Source of the DNA: a virus
Reading direction: 5' to 3' (one strand)
IMG/VR virus record: IMGVR_UViG_3300029787_000002
Span: 108,908-172,907 of that record
DNA length: 64,000 nt
Numbering within the stretch: position 1 is the stretch's first letter; each line of letters opens with the position of its first letter. The position numbers were made by a program, and so were the translations under genes. The notes below the pieces were generated by a model that made no database searches, had not been told where the DNA came from, and saw nothing but the letters and a program-made list of their open reading frames with translations. This document shows positions 1 to 8,448 of this stretch, in pieces.

Positions 1-2
1 GT

Positions 3-203
3 GGTATGATGTTTACCTTCGATGGTAACGCATGGCACGGTTCTGTTGTGGGCAATTGTGTCGTCAAAGGAGTTGAGATCAAATCAAAGATGTCACTCTT
101 CGGAGACAAACTACATAGTTGTGACCAAGGTTATGTCGATGGACGTATGATCTGGGGTAGCAAAGAAACATATAAGTTTGTTAAAACCAAAAACGCCTTT
201 TAG
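3..203 (+). CDS. cpeT: CpeT/CpcT-family phycobilin lyase, C-terminal part (5' truncated by window)
   Basis: C-terminal pattern WHG...C...DQGY....IWGS...YKF resembles CpcT/CpeT; position next to gp5 is usual in T4-like cyanophages. Confidence 0.75.
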   Translation, partial: GMMFTFDGNAWHGSVVGNCVVKGVEIKSKMSLFGDKLHSCDQGYVDGRMIWGSKETYKFVKTKNAF

Positions 204-257
204 TTTCAAAAATCGGGGTAAAAAAATCCCGCCATTTTTTGACTCTTAGGGTTTTTT

Positions 258-265
258 ACTAAATA
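258..265 (+). promoter_or_regulatory. T4-type late promoter variant (ACTAAATA)
   Basis: Variant of TATAAATA about 20 nt upstream of the gp5 start. Confidence 0.6.
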
Positions 266-284
266 ATCAAAAATCTGCAGATAG

Positions 285-2819
285 ATGCAAACAGTTGAAG
301 GTATCCTAAATGAACCTACAGTAAACTTTGTCGGTAAAGACGGATTTTTCTGGTGGGTTGGTGAAGTCGAAGACAACGAAGATCCGATGGAACTTGGTCG
401 GTGTAAAGTTCGTGTGCTTGGATATTACACTAACGTAAGAGGTGGCACAGTTGCTGATCTACCTACAGATAACTTACCATGGGCAACAGTATTACAACAT
501 ACTTCTCAGGCAGGTAACGACGGACAAGGTGAAAGTTCGGGACAACTACAGCCAGGTGCTGTTGTTATGGGTTTCTTCATGGATGGTGAAGATGCTCAAA
601 TGCCAATAGTTATTGGTGTTTTGCGTGTACAGAAGAGTACAAGTACAAAGCATGACTTCACCCTCACAGGTGAAAACATGGAGGATGGAAGTACAGGTGC
701 AGTCAACCCTGCACTTAGAAGAACTGCCGATCCTAATAGTATTGATATTAATAATAAAATTAATGCTTCTGGGGGTAATTCTGTAAAAATGCCTGGAAGT
801 AAGGTATCACCAGAACCTGCAGGTCCAGGATCACCCAATAATGTAGGTGTACACCTCCCAGGAAGTGCAGGTAATGCTCAAAAACCAAGATCACCTTCTA
901 AACCAATTGCTACTGGTAATGGTGTAGGCGGACCTTGGAAATCTGTGGAATCTAAGTTAAACTATCTTATTGAAGATATTGCAGATACAGCAGGTACACT
1001 GGTTGCAACTGAAGACGGTTCTTTCATTGATATTGTATCTGGTAAAGTTGTAACTATTGAAAAACTTACAGCAAAACTACAAAACTTTCTAGGTTCTGTT
1101 TTCTCCCAAATTATCTCTGCAATTAGAGAGGCAACATCACAACTTGCTGAACAACTTGGTGGTTTGTTAGACTTTGGTAGTCTGATTCCAGGAATTCCAT
1201 TTGCACAAATGGCACTTATTCAGACTGCAGTGACTCAGATTTTATCATCTCTCTGTATTTTTGATAGTCAGATCACCAGTTTCATTAATGATCCTGTGAG
1301 TGCTATTCAAAGTGGTATTAACAGTTTGCTTAGTGGTGCTATCAGTAAAGCACAAATGGTAATGCAGGGTGTTCAAGATACTATTGATAGTATTGTTTGT
1401 TCTGTACAGAACGTTCTCAGTCAACTTAAGGGTGTTATCAACACAGTAAAATCAGCAACTAGTGCAGTTGCAGGTGTTGAGGATATCATCAGCAGTTGGG
1501 AAAAAGGATCTGGCATCTTTGATGGTGGATCTGACATGTTCCAAAATGGACTTAGTGGTCTTGCAGGTTTACTTGCTCTGTTTGTTAAGTTTCTTGGTGG
1601 TGGTTGTGATAGAAAACCTGATGGTGGTACTGATAGTCATGGATATTTCCCACTATTCGGTGTTACCAACTGTAGTGATGAAGAACTAGCAAATATTAAT
1701 AAACTGAGGGGTAGTAATAGAGGAAGTTGTGAAGGTGATAGTTCTCCAACTGGTGTTCTTGATCAAATCTTTACAAAAGCAGATCCTTATCTTTCTGTAG
1801 CAAAAACATTTGTAGATGGTTCATTCGATCACCATGTAGGAACCCCAGGTCGTCAGGCACACGTTGTCAAAGAACCTAGTGGAACGACTCACTCATCTTA
1901 CAATATCAATAACAACACTTTTGCAGAGTGGACTTATCTAAAAGCATTAAGAGAAAAAAATCCTGATATTTCAGATGAAGAAGTTAAGAAAAAGACAGAA
2001 GAATATAAGAAGACTAACAGAGGTGGTAGTAAAGATGATACTGGTAATTTAGTTGCTGATCACTCCAGTTACGCAGGAAATCACACCGTAGATGTTATGG
2101 GTGACGATTGTTGTACTGTAGATGGTGATGGTGTTCTAAACGTAGAGGGTGATTATAGATTAAAAATTACTGGTGATATGCATGTAGAAGTTGGTGGAGG
2201 TTTCTTCCTGAACGCATCTGGTGCACCTAAGACTGTTGATAAAAATGGTAAGAAGAAGAGCAGTAAGATTCAGAAACATGCTATCACGTTCGGATCTGAC
2301 GTAGATATTAAGAGTGCAGGTGCTGCGATGGTGATACAAGCATCAGAATTTTCTCTTGGTGCACCAAATACTAAGTTTACTGGATCTACTTTTGAGAACT
2401 CATATAAGCTTCAAAAGATGGCAGGAAATGAGTTAGTGTTATCAGGAAATAGTGTTATTAATTGCCTAACTCCTGTACTGAATCAACTGATTAATACTGA
2501 AGCAACATCTTTAGTTCCTGCACCAGGAATTTATACTACCTGTCATGGTAATATTACAACTGTACAAAATCCTTCTAAGACAATTCCTTTTCCATTCAAC
2601 AAACTATTGAATCCTATTGGTCCTGTGTCTGTGACTTGTGGTCTGACAGGATATAATCAGCAAGTTCTAGAGGGTGCCCATAATGTGAACGTAGTTAAAG
2701 GTATTATCAATATGACTGCTGTTGCAGGTGCTGTAACCATCACTGCTACCAAGGGTGCTATGGCACTGACATCAGGTGCTGTCATGAAACTGACTGCCAA
2801 GACTATTTTCTTAAACTGA
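285..2819 (+). CDS. gp5: Baseplate hub/needle protein gp5 (OB-fold N-terminus, beta-helix C-terminus, no recognisable lysozyme domain)
   Basis: FFWWVGEVED..DPMELGRCKVRVLGYY...LPWATV...G..VMGFFMDGEDAQMPIVIG is the gp5 OB-fold; VxGD repeats; ends IFLN. Confidence 0.9.
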   Translation: MQTVEGILNEPTVNFVGKDGFFWWVGEVEDNEDPMELGRCKVRVLGYYTNVRGGTVADLPTDNLPWATVLQHTSQAGNDGQGESSGQLQPGAVVMGFFMDGEDAQMPIVIGVLRVQKSTSTKHDFTLTGENMEDGSTGAVNPALRRTADPNSIDINNKINASGGNSVKMPGSKVSPEPAGPGSPNNVGVHLPGSAGNAQKPRSPSKPIATGNGVGGPWKSVESKLNYLIEDIADTAGTLVATEDGSFIDIVSGKVVTIEKLTAKLQNFLGSVFSQIISAIREATSQLAEQLGGLLDFGSLIPGIPFAQMALIQTAVTQILSSLCIFDSQITSFINDPVSAIQSGINSLLSGAISKAQMVMQGVQDTIDSIVCSVQNVLSQLKGVINTVKSATSAVAGVEDIISSWEKGSGIFDGGSDMFQNGLSGLAGLLALFVKFLGGGCDRKPDGGTDSHGYFPLFGVTNCSDEELANINKLRGSNRGSCEGDSSPTGVLDQIFTKADPYLSVAKTFVDGSFDHHVGTPGRQAHVVKEPSGTTHSSYNINNNTFAEWTYLKALREKNPDISDEEVKKKTEEYKKTNRGGSKDDTGNLVADHSSYAGNHTVDVMGDDCCTVDGDGVLNVEGDYRLKITGDMHVEVGGGFFLNASGAPKTVDKNGKKKSSKIQKHAITFGSDVDIKSAGAAMVIQASEFSLGAPNTKFTGSTFENSYKLQKMAGNELVLSGNSVINCLTPVLNQLINTEATSLVPAPGIYTTCHGNITTVQNPSKTIPFPFNKLLNPIGPVSVTCGLTGYNQQVLEGAHNVNVVKGIINMTAVAGAVTITATKGAMALTSGAVMKLTAKTIFLN

Positions 2820-2820
2820 C

Positions 2821-2849
2821 TTGACAGGGGCAGGGCAGTCTGCTATACT
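2821..2849 (+). promoter_or_regulatory. Host-like sigma70 promoter
   Basis: TTGACA-17 nt-TATACT with extended TG; GGAG RBS before ATG 2869. Confidence 0.85.
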
Positions 2850-2868
2850 ACATAGGTACAGGAGATTT

Positions 2869-3072
2869 ATGAACGACACTTACCTAGAACACGTCTTTAT
2901 CAACTTTTCCAAGCGGTCTGTAAAACTCTTGGACAACGAGGGATTCGATCGAGTTATCGATTGGATGTGGAACAAGGAAGGTGCTGAAGGTTTCGCTGAA
3001 GTCGTCAGTGCTATTCAAGATACGGTCGATCACGATCTCATCACTTATTGTTTTGCTGAAGTAGAAGCATGA
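2869..3072 (+). CDS. Hypothetical protein (start moved to ATG downstream of the promoter)
   Basis: GGAG RBS then MNDTYLEHVFINFSKR. Confidence 0.75.
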   Translation: MNDTYLEHVFINFSKRSVKLLDNEGFDRVIDWMWNKEGAEGFAEVVSAIQDTVDHDLITYCFAEVEA

Positions 3073-3293
3073 TTGGACCTATTGGAATCACCCTGCGCCA
3101 AGCAGAGGATCATTTTGATTTTATTATGGATCTAACCGAAACCCAACGGGTATGTTGGAAAATTACTCGTCCTGACGGGAAATCCGCTATGATGGTTCCA
3201 GTCAACGAGGTTCCACCAGTTCCTGAAGAAATTCAGAATCAGGTAGAAGAGTTTAAAAAATCATTTATGGAGGAGACAGTTAAAAGTGACTAA
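3069..3293 (+). CDS. Phd/YefM-like antitoxin-fold protein
   Basis: ITLRQAEDHFDFIMDLTETQRVCWKITRPDGKSAMMVPV follows the Phd/YefM N-terminal pattern. Confidence 0.5.
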   Translation: MIGPIGITLRQAEDHFDFIMDLTETQRVCWKITRPDGKSAMMVPVNEVPPVPEEIQNQVEEFKKSFMEETVKSD

Positions 3294-3366
3294 TTACGGA
3301 CTTGAAGTTGTATTCTGGGTTACGCTCGGACTTTTCCTAATTTACTGGCGAGAGAATAGGAAATGA
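3286..3366 (+). CDS. 26-aa single-TM micro-protein
   Basis: GTG start with GGAGG RBS; NYGLEVVFWVTLGLFLIYWRENRK; overlaps both neighbours. Confidence 0.5.
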   Translation: MTNYGLEVVFWVTLGLFLIYWRENRK

Positions 3367-3512
3367 ACTGTTGGTCCTGTGGATTTCCAAACTTAATATG
3401 GGGTGGAGATCACGATTCAGAAGATTCTGAATATGAGATAGAAACTAATCTATCTTGCCCTCGTTGTGACGCATTTGTACTTGTATACCACCAAAAACGA
3501 GATGAGACCTGA
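3363..3512 (+). CDS. Small zinc-ribbon protein (49 aa, not in ORF track)
   Basis: MNCWSCG...LIWGGDHD...NLSCPRCDAFV: two CxxC pairs. Confidence 0.75.
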   Translation: MNCWSCGFPNLIWGGDHDSEDSEYEIETNLSCPRCDAFVLVYHQKRDET

Positions 3513-3666
3513 GACTAGAGAAGCAATGGAGAATTTATTTACTGCTACTTGGAACTTACCAACAGCAGCAAAGCATTGCAAACTGACCAATAAGGAGATG
3601 AAAATCACCTTTAACGAATATTGTGCATTTCACCCACCAACTGAAGTTTTTGAACCCTTCCAATGA
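3502..3666 (+). CDS. Hypothetical cyanophage protein
   Basis: MRPETREAMENLF...; coupled to neighbours. Confidence 0.7.
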   Translation: MRPETREAMENLFTATWNLPTAAKHCKLTNKEMKITFNEYCAFHPPTEVFEPFQ

Positions 3667-4340
3667 AAAAAATTATTGCAGCATTGATGACAACATGTCT
3701 TGCAACAGCACCAGTTATGGCAGACCCTATTGGAAAGGAGGACTACTATAGTAACCATTCCATGGGATGTATGCTACTTGGTGAATGTAGGGATGATGTG
3801 AAGGAAGTGCATACTTTGTTGGATATCTCCTCAAATTATGACAACCCTGAATCATTTACTTCAGTGGCACAAGAGTTTAACAATATGCTTGTGTCATTGA
3901 ACCAAGTGGGAGTGAATGTATATCTTGCTGATGAGAAGTATTTTCCAGTAGGACATCGAGGTGTCTATCATACTGTGAGTAATAATTTCTTTTTAAACAA
4001 AACTTTCATGAGTCGTCCTCATGTTTTGATGAGTGTGATGCGTCATGAAGGATGGCACGCTGCACAGGATTGTATGGCAGGCACGATTGATAATAGTTTG
4101 ATTGCTATTATCCTACCAGAAGAAAGTGTTCCTCAGATGTGGCAAGAGATGGCACGCAGGACCTATGCATTTCAACCAGGGGCAATTCCTTGGGAGAAAG
4201 AAGCAACTTGGGCAGGTAGAACTCAAGGCATGACTGCTAATGCACTTGCTGCATGTTCAACTGGTGCGATGTGGAATGTATATAAACCTACCCCCTTAAC
4301 CAAAAAGTATCTAGTCGAACAGGGGTATATGATTGAATGA
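3663..4340 (+). CDS. Exported zincin-like metallopeptidase (HExxH)
   Basis: Signal peptide MKKIIAALMTTCLATAPVMA; MRHEGWHAAQDC; downstream WEKEA glutamate. Confidence 0.65.
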   Translation: MKKIIAALMTTCLATAPVMADPIGKEDYYSNHSMGCMLLGECRDDVKEVHTLLDISSNYDNPESFTSVAQEFNNMLVSLNQVGVNVYLADEKYFPVGHRGVYHTVSNNFFLNKTFMSRPHVLMSVMRHEGWHAAQDCMAGTIDNSLIAIILPEESVPQMWQEMARRTYAFQPGAIPWEKEATWAGRTQGMTANALAACSTGAMWNVYKPTPLTKKYLVEQGYMIE

Positions 4341-4468
4341 AACTACCAAACTGGCAGCACCATTCAAAGAAGGAGCAAAAGAGGCATCTTAAACCTCAAG
4401 CACTTCGTGCTGCCAAGGAACGGTTGAAAGCATTAAAAAATAAATTGGGAGTGTGGCGGAATAGGTAG
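4337..4468 (+). CDS. Small basic protein (43 aa) whose 3' end overlaps the tRNA
   Basis: MKLPNWQHHSKKEQKRHLKPQALRAAKERLK...; ATGA overlap with upstream gene. Confidence 0.65.
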   Translation: MKLPNWQHHSKKEQKRHLKPQALRAAKERLKALKNKLGVWRNR

Positions 4469-4530
4469 ACGCACCAGACTTAAAATCTGTTGAGCATGTG
4501 CTCGTGGGAGTTCAAGTCTCCCTACTCCTA
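4447..4530 (+). tRNA. trnL-UAA: tRNA-Leu (anticodon UAA), CCA not encoded
   Basis: Acceptor GGGAGTG/TACTCCT, D-arm TGGCGGAATAGGTAGACGC, anticodon loop CTTAAAA, long variable arm GAGCA-TG-TGCTC, T-loop TTCAAGT. Confidence 0.95.
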
Positions 4531-4543
4531 CTAAATAATTAAA

Positions 4544-4891
4544 ATGCTAAACTTTATGGGAATCTATGATATAATATACTCTCAATTTGATCTCGGTCCA
4601 GGATTCTGGAATCGAGAATTGAGAACTCAGGATCTTGACGGATTCCTGAGTCAATATTATATCGATCCGAAGGGTCATCTCTGGAGTGTTGATTATTCAG
4701 GAACTTATGAACTTGAAGATGCTGAATGCATTAAAGTTGCAAAAAGTCAGAATCATGGAAAAGTTTCACCTTTCTGTATAACTAAACAACTTGAACTGTA
4801 CCCTGCAAAATGGGGAGTTCATTATGCACCTACCCCTCGGTGCATGGTAACATTTGAAGAGGGAATTGTGACTAAATCTTATTATTCTTAA
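4544..4891 (+). CDS. Hypothetical protein
   Basis: ORF track; MGIYDII...YYIDPKGHLW; ACTAAATA late-like box at 4530-4537. Confidence 0.7.
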   Translation: MLNFMGIYDIIYSQFDLGPGFWNRELRTQDLDGFLSQYYIDPKGHLWSVDYSGTYELEDAECIKVAKSQNHGKVSPFCITKQLELYPAKWGVHYAPTPRCMVTFEEGIVTKSYYS

Positions 4892-5553
4892 TGGCATACC
4901 TAGTTCATCCTCTACCACCTAGAAAGGTCTGGGTGAAGAAAGAATATCTTTATGATCTTGAAAAAGGACATGGGGAACTCACCCCAGGTCTATGGATCTC
5001 AGTAAGAAGTATACAAGCAAAAGCATTATACTTCGAGACATTACTTACTGATTATGGTGCTTTATTTGATAAGTTACCACTCAGTGCATTTGTATGGAAA
5101 CCAGACATCAATCCAGATGATCAGTTACCATTAGATGTATTAGAACTATGGGACTGCTTTGATTATAATATCACTGTAGTTGAAAAACCTATTTTAGGTA
5201 GGTGTTCTTTCTTTGGTAAAGACAAGAAGATGCACCCAGGTGAATATGAATTTACGATTGATACTGCACACCCCGACTTCTCTGTATTAGATACTAACTT
5301 CTCAGAGCATGATCCAGAGCATAAAACATTTAATATTATTGCTCTAGATAACGGACAGTTTGCAGCACAACCAAACAATCGATGTCAGTTCTTCGATAAC
5401 AGTTTGGTGGATAATAATAATCTTAAGAGACCTGACTTTAAAGTTTGTACACAGAACTATGCGGTGGAAACTCTACCTAAATGGTGGTCTGTTGGACATA
5501 CTGAAGAGTGGGCATATCGAACTGAAGAGGAAGTTAAAGAATCAGACCTTTAA
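4891..5553 (+). CDS. Conserved hypothetical phage protein
   Basis: 220-aa ORF; LELWDCFDY, HKTFNIIALDNGQFAAQPNNR. Confidence 0.8.
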   Translation: MAYLVHPLPPRKVWVKKEYLYDLEKGHGELTPGLWISVRSIQAKALYFETLLTDYGALFDKLPLSAFVWKPDINPDDQLPLDVLELWDCFDYNITVVEKPILGRCSFFGKDKKMHPGEYEFTIDTAHPDFSVLDTNFSEHDPEHKTFNIIALDNGQFAAQPNNRCQFFDNSLVDNNNLKRPDFKVCTQNYAVETLPKWWSVGHTEEWAYRTEEEVKESDL

Positions 5554-5560
5554 TAACCTT

Positions 5561-5568
5561 TATAAATA
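5561..5568 (+). promoter_or_regulatory. T4-type late promoter
   Basis: Exact TATAAATA upstream of the structural operon. Confidence 0.85.
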
Positions 5569-5595
5569 AAACTGTATCAAATAGTGTGATTATTC

Positions 5596-6921
5596 GTGGG
5601 AACCAGAAAGATTTCACAACTGGAGACAATATCAGACGCTAACCTGTCTGGAGAAGCGATTCTTCCTGTGGTGGTGTCGGATCCCTTGATTCCAAACAGA
5701 AAAGCAAAGATAAATCAGTTATTCAAAGGACTGTCACAGGGAACAAAAGCATCCCCAGGATTATGTTTTGACTTAGATAGAGACAGTGGATTGTATCAGA
5801 ATGCATACGATCAACTCGGCATTGCCTTTGGTGATGGCGGTTTCTACTGTACTCGTATTGATAATGGTAACAGTAGTACATCTCTGTACATTACTGCAGT
5901 TGATGATGTTGCAAATAATACTGACATCGTGCTCGCACCGAAAGGTACGGGTGCTGTCAAGGTTACGGGTAATTTCCTTATCTCTGACCAGACATTTATC
6001 TTAGAAGATGCTCAAGGTCCTAAAGCAAGATTTGAAGTTAGTAATATTGGTACTGGTACTAATACTCGTATCTTCACCCTTCCTGCTATTACCTCTGGTA
6101 ATGGAACTACCGTTGTTGGTGCTGATACTCAGCAGACGCTGACAAATAAGACTATTCTTATTGATGAGGATAACTTTGTTATTGTTGATGGTACAGAAGA
6201 AGCAATCTTCCAGATTAACTGGGCAACTACTTCTGGTGCAAGACGTTCTTACTTCTTACCTGACGCAGGTACAGTAACAACTACTGCAGAACCTACTGCA
6301 ACTGCATCTACTTTACTTGACACTAAAACAGAACAGACTACACTTAATAAGACTGTTGTAGATCTGAAGTTGGCAGCAAACGCTGAGACTGCAACTAACT
6401 ATGCAATCTTCAACACATCTGCTCTAACTGCAAACAGGATCCTCACCGTTCCTGATTTATCATTAACGTTTGTTGGTACAACGACAACTCAAACACTCGC
6501 TAACAAGAGTTATGAGAATGCGATATTTACGGACAATACTGATACAACTAAGAAGGTTTCATTCAATCTTGCTAACGTAAACACATCAACTAGCGAAGTT
6601 TTTAGATTCCCAAACACAGACGGTCTAAATAGAGGTGCAGACACATATAATATGCTTCTTACTGAGAAGTCTGCAGGAGAACTCTTTAACAAGACTCTCA
6701 ATTCTCCAGTCCTTAAAAGTACTGGAAACACTCAGGGACAGATTACACTGTCTACTGAAGGTATCTCAGGTCCGAGAGTCATTAAGTTCCCTGACGCTGA
6801 TGCCACACTCCTATCTACTGAAAACGTTACTGTTGATGACGTTACATTTGGTGCAGGTATTGGAGCAAACAACCTCACTGGGTTAACAAGACAACAACAA
6901 TTCTTCTACGCAGGATTTTAA
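5596..6921 (+). CDS. Virion structural/fibre-like protein
   Basis: RKISQL N-terminus; repeated R..TLP...GT.VG....QTLTNKT fibre units. Confidence 0.75.
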   Translation: MGTRKISQLETISDANLSGEAILPVVVSDPLIPNRKAKINQLFKGLSQGTKASPGLCFDLDRDSGLYQNAYDQLGIAFGDGGFYCTRIDNGNSSTSLYITAVDDVANNTDIVLAPKGTGAVKVTGNFLISDQTFILEDAQGPKARFEVSNIGTGTNTRIFTLPAITSGNGTTVVGADTQQTLTNKTILIDEDNFVIVDGTEEAIFQINWATTSGARRSYFLPDAGTVTTTAEPTATASTLLDTKTEQTTLNKTVVDLKLAANAETATNYAIFNTSALTANRILTVPDLSLTFVGTTTTQTLANKSYENAIFTDNTDTTKKVSFNLANVNTSTSEVFRFPNTDGLNRGADTYNMLLTEKSAGELFNKTLNSPVLKSTGNTQGQITLSTEGISGPRVIKFPDADATLLSTENVTVDDVTFGAGIGANNLTGLTRQQQFFYAGF

Positions 6922-6927
6922 TTAAAA

Positions 6928-8415
6928 ATGGCTAAACAAGGACTACTTGCCTCAGCAAAACCAGGTGCGACTACCAACACGGTGCTCTATAAAGCACCTA
7001 TCGATGCGTCTGCAAGTACGGTTTTGTCTGTGAGTGCACAAGGTGGATCAAACACCTCATTCGATGTCGGTATCAAAGACTACGATCAACATGTCGTCTT
7101 AGATGCTTCAACTTACAAACTACACACTGGTGACGTATTCACTGGTTATAGATTTAACTTAGGTACAGCAGTTGGTGCTGACCAAGGTCTTAACGTCAAT
7201 CAAGCATTATCTTCTGCTGATAATGAAAAAACAGCAGTATTTGAATCATTTTATATTCCACCATTTACTGAAATTACAGTAAAGAGTAGGGCAGTTAGAT
7301 CGATTGCAGTTGAATCTGTGACTGGTACATTTGCCATTGGTAATACTATTTCAAAGGGGGCAGGTAGTAACACATCTGTTGCAACTATCTTTGCTGTAGC
7401 ATCTGGTTCTGGTGGTTCAACTCTTTATATCGGTCCTTCTACCTTGAATGGTTCTGGATCTGAATTTGTTGCAGGTGATTCTATTACTGCATCTGGTGGT
7501 GCAACTGGTACTATCTCATCTGGTGGTGTTGGTACTGCTGCAAACGAGTTTACCTTTACAACGTCTGGTGGAACTGAAAATCTTTATCTTGGAACTGCTT
7601 TAACAGTATTAGGTGATAGAACATATCGCTTTAACGTAGCAGACTCAAGTATGAGTAGTTTGGTATTCAAAATCTCTGAGACTGCAAACGGTGAGTGGGG
7701 TCCTGACGGAACTGCAGGTAACTCCGATGATGGTACTGAGTATACTACAGGTAAGACCACTAACGGAACTGCAGGTTCTAGTGGTGCTTATGTTCAGTAC
7801 GATCTAACTGCAAACACAAGTTTACCATCTAACCTATTTTACTATGAAGGAACAACTGGAACTGCTGCTAACGCAAACTATGGAGGAACCGACAGGTTGC
7901 TCACTACGTCGGGTTCATATTCTTATGACTCTATTTTCGTATACAATGTTTCTGGGACCTGGGTAGACAACACAGATACCTTTACATACAACGGTGTAAC
8001 TTATACTGTTACTAGTCAGACTGCAGGTCCTTACGGATTTGTTCGTGAATACACAGGAACTGCTCTATATGTTGTTCTTGGAGAAGGTTCTGCAAACATC
8101 TCTGGTTCGGATACTTTCTTAGATAATCCTGTCTTAACAACTGGTGCTCGTTCTACTGTAACAGTTTCTTCTGTTACTTCTTCGGGTGCAACATTAGAGA
8201 CTAAGCATTACCTTCGTAAGGATAATGCTATCACTGCGAATAATACAGAAGAGATCAAGTCTCTTATTATTGGACCAGGGCAAAGACTGGTCGTTGAGAA
8301 CAATGACGCAGATTGTTCGTTTACATTAGTTGGTTTTGAAGACAGTTCTACTGGATTCACTACTCGTGCTTATGCTCAAACTGCAGGAACTTCTGGTTCT
8401 GGCGGTGGAAGTTAA
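6928..8415 (+). CDS. Virion structural protein
   Basis: G/S/T-rich, late operon; degenerate cupredoxin-like module (TYRFNVADSS...NLFYY). Confidence 0.75.
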   Translation: MAKQGLLASAKPGATTNTVLYKAPIDASASTVLSVSAQGGSNTSFDVGIKDYDQHVVLDASTYKLHTGDVFTGYRFNLGTAVGADQGLNVNQALSSADNEKTAVFESFYIPPFTEITVKSRAVRSIAVESVTGTFAIGNTISKGAGSNTSVATIFAVASGSGGSTLYIGPSTLNGSGSEFVAGDSITASGGATGTISSGGVGTAANEFTFTTSGGTENLYLGTALTVLGDRTYRFNVADSSMSSLVFKISETANGEWGPDGTAGNSDDGTEYTTGKTTNGTAGSSGAYVQYDLTANTSLPSNLFYYEGTTGTAANANYGGTDRLLTTSGSYSYDSIFVYNVSGTWVDNTDTFTYNGVTYTVTSQTAGPYGFVREYTGTALYVVLGEGSANISGSDTFLDNPVLTTGARSTVTVSSVTSSGATLETKHYLRKDNAITANNTEEIKSLIIGPGQRLVVENNDADCSFTLVGFEDSSTGFTTRAYAQTAGTSGSGGGS

Positions 8416-8420
8416 ACCCC

Positions 8421-8428
8421 AATAAATA
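8421..8428 (+). promoter_or_regulatory. Late promoter (AATAAATA)
   Basis: NATAAATA in intergenic gap about 20 nt before ATG. Confidence 0.7.
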
Positions 8429-8448
8429 ATCAAAAGCAGTAATAGGAA

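Noticed and set aside
285-2819. Tail lysozyme activity of gp5
   Set aside because: No T4-lysozyme catalytic motif recognisable in the central region
4447-4530. tRNA as a prophage attachment site
   Set aside because: No duplicated tRNA 3' end or integrase seen; context is a lytic T4-like genome
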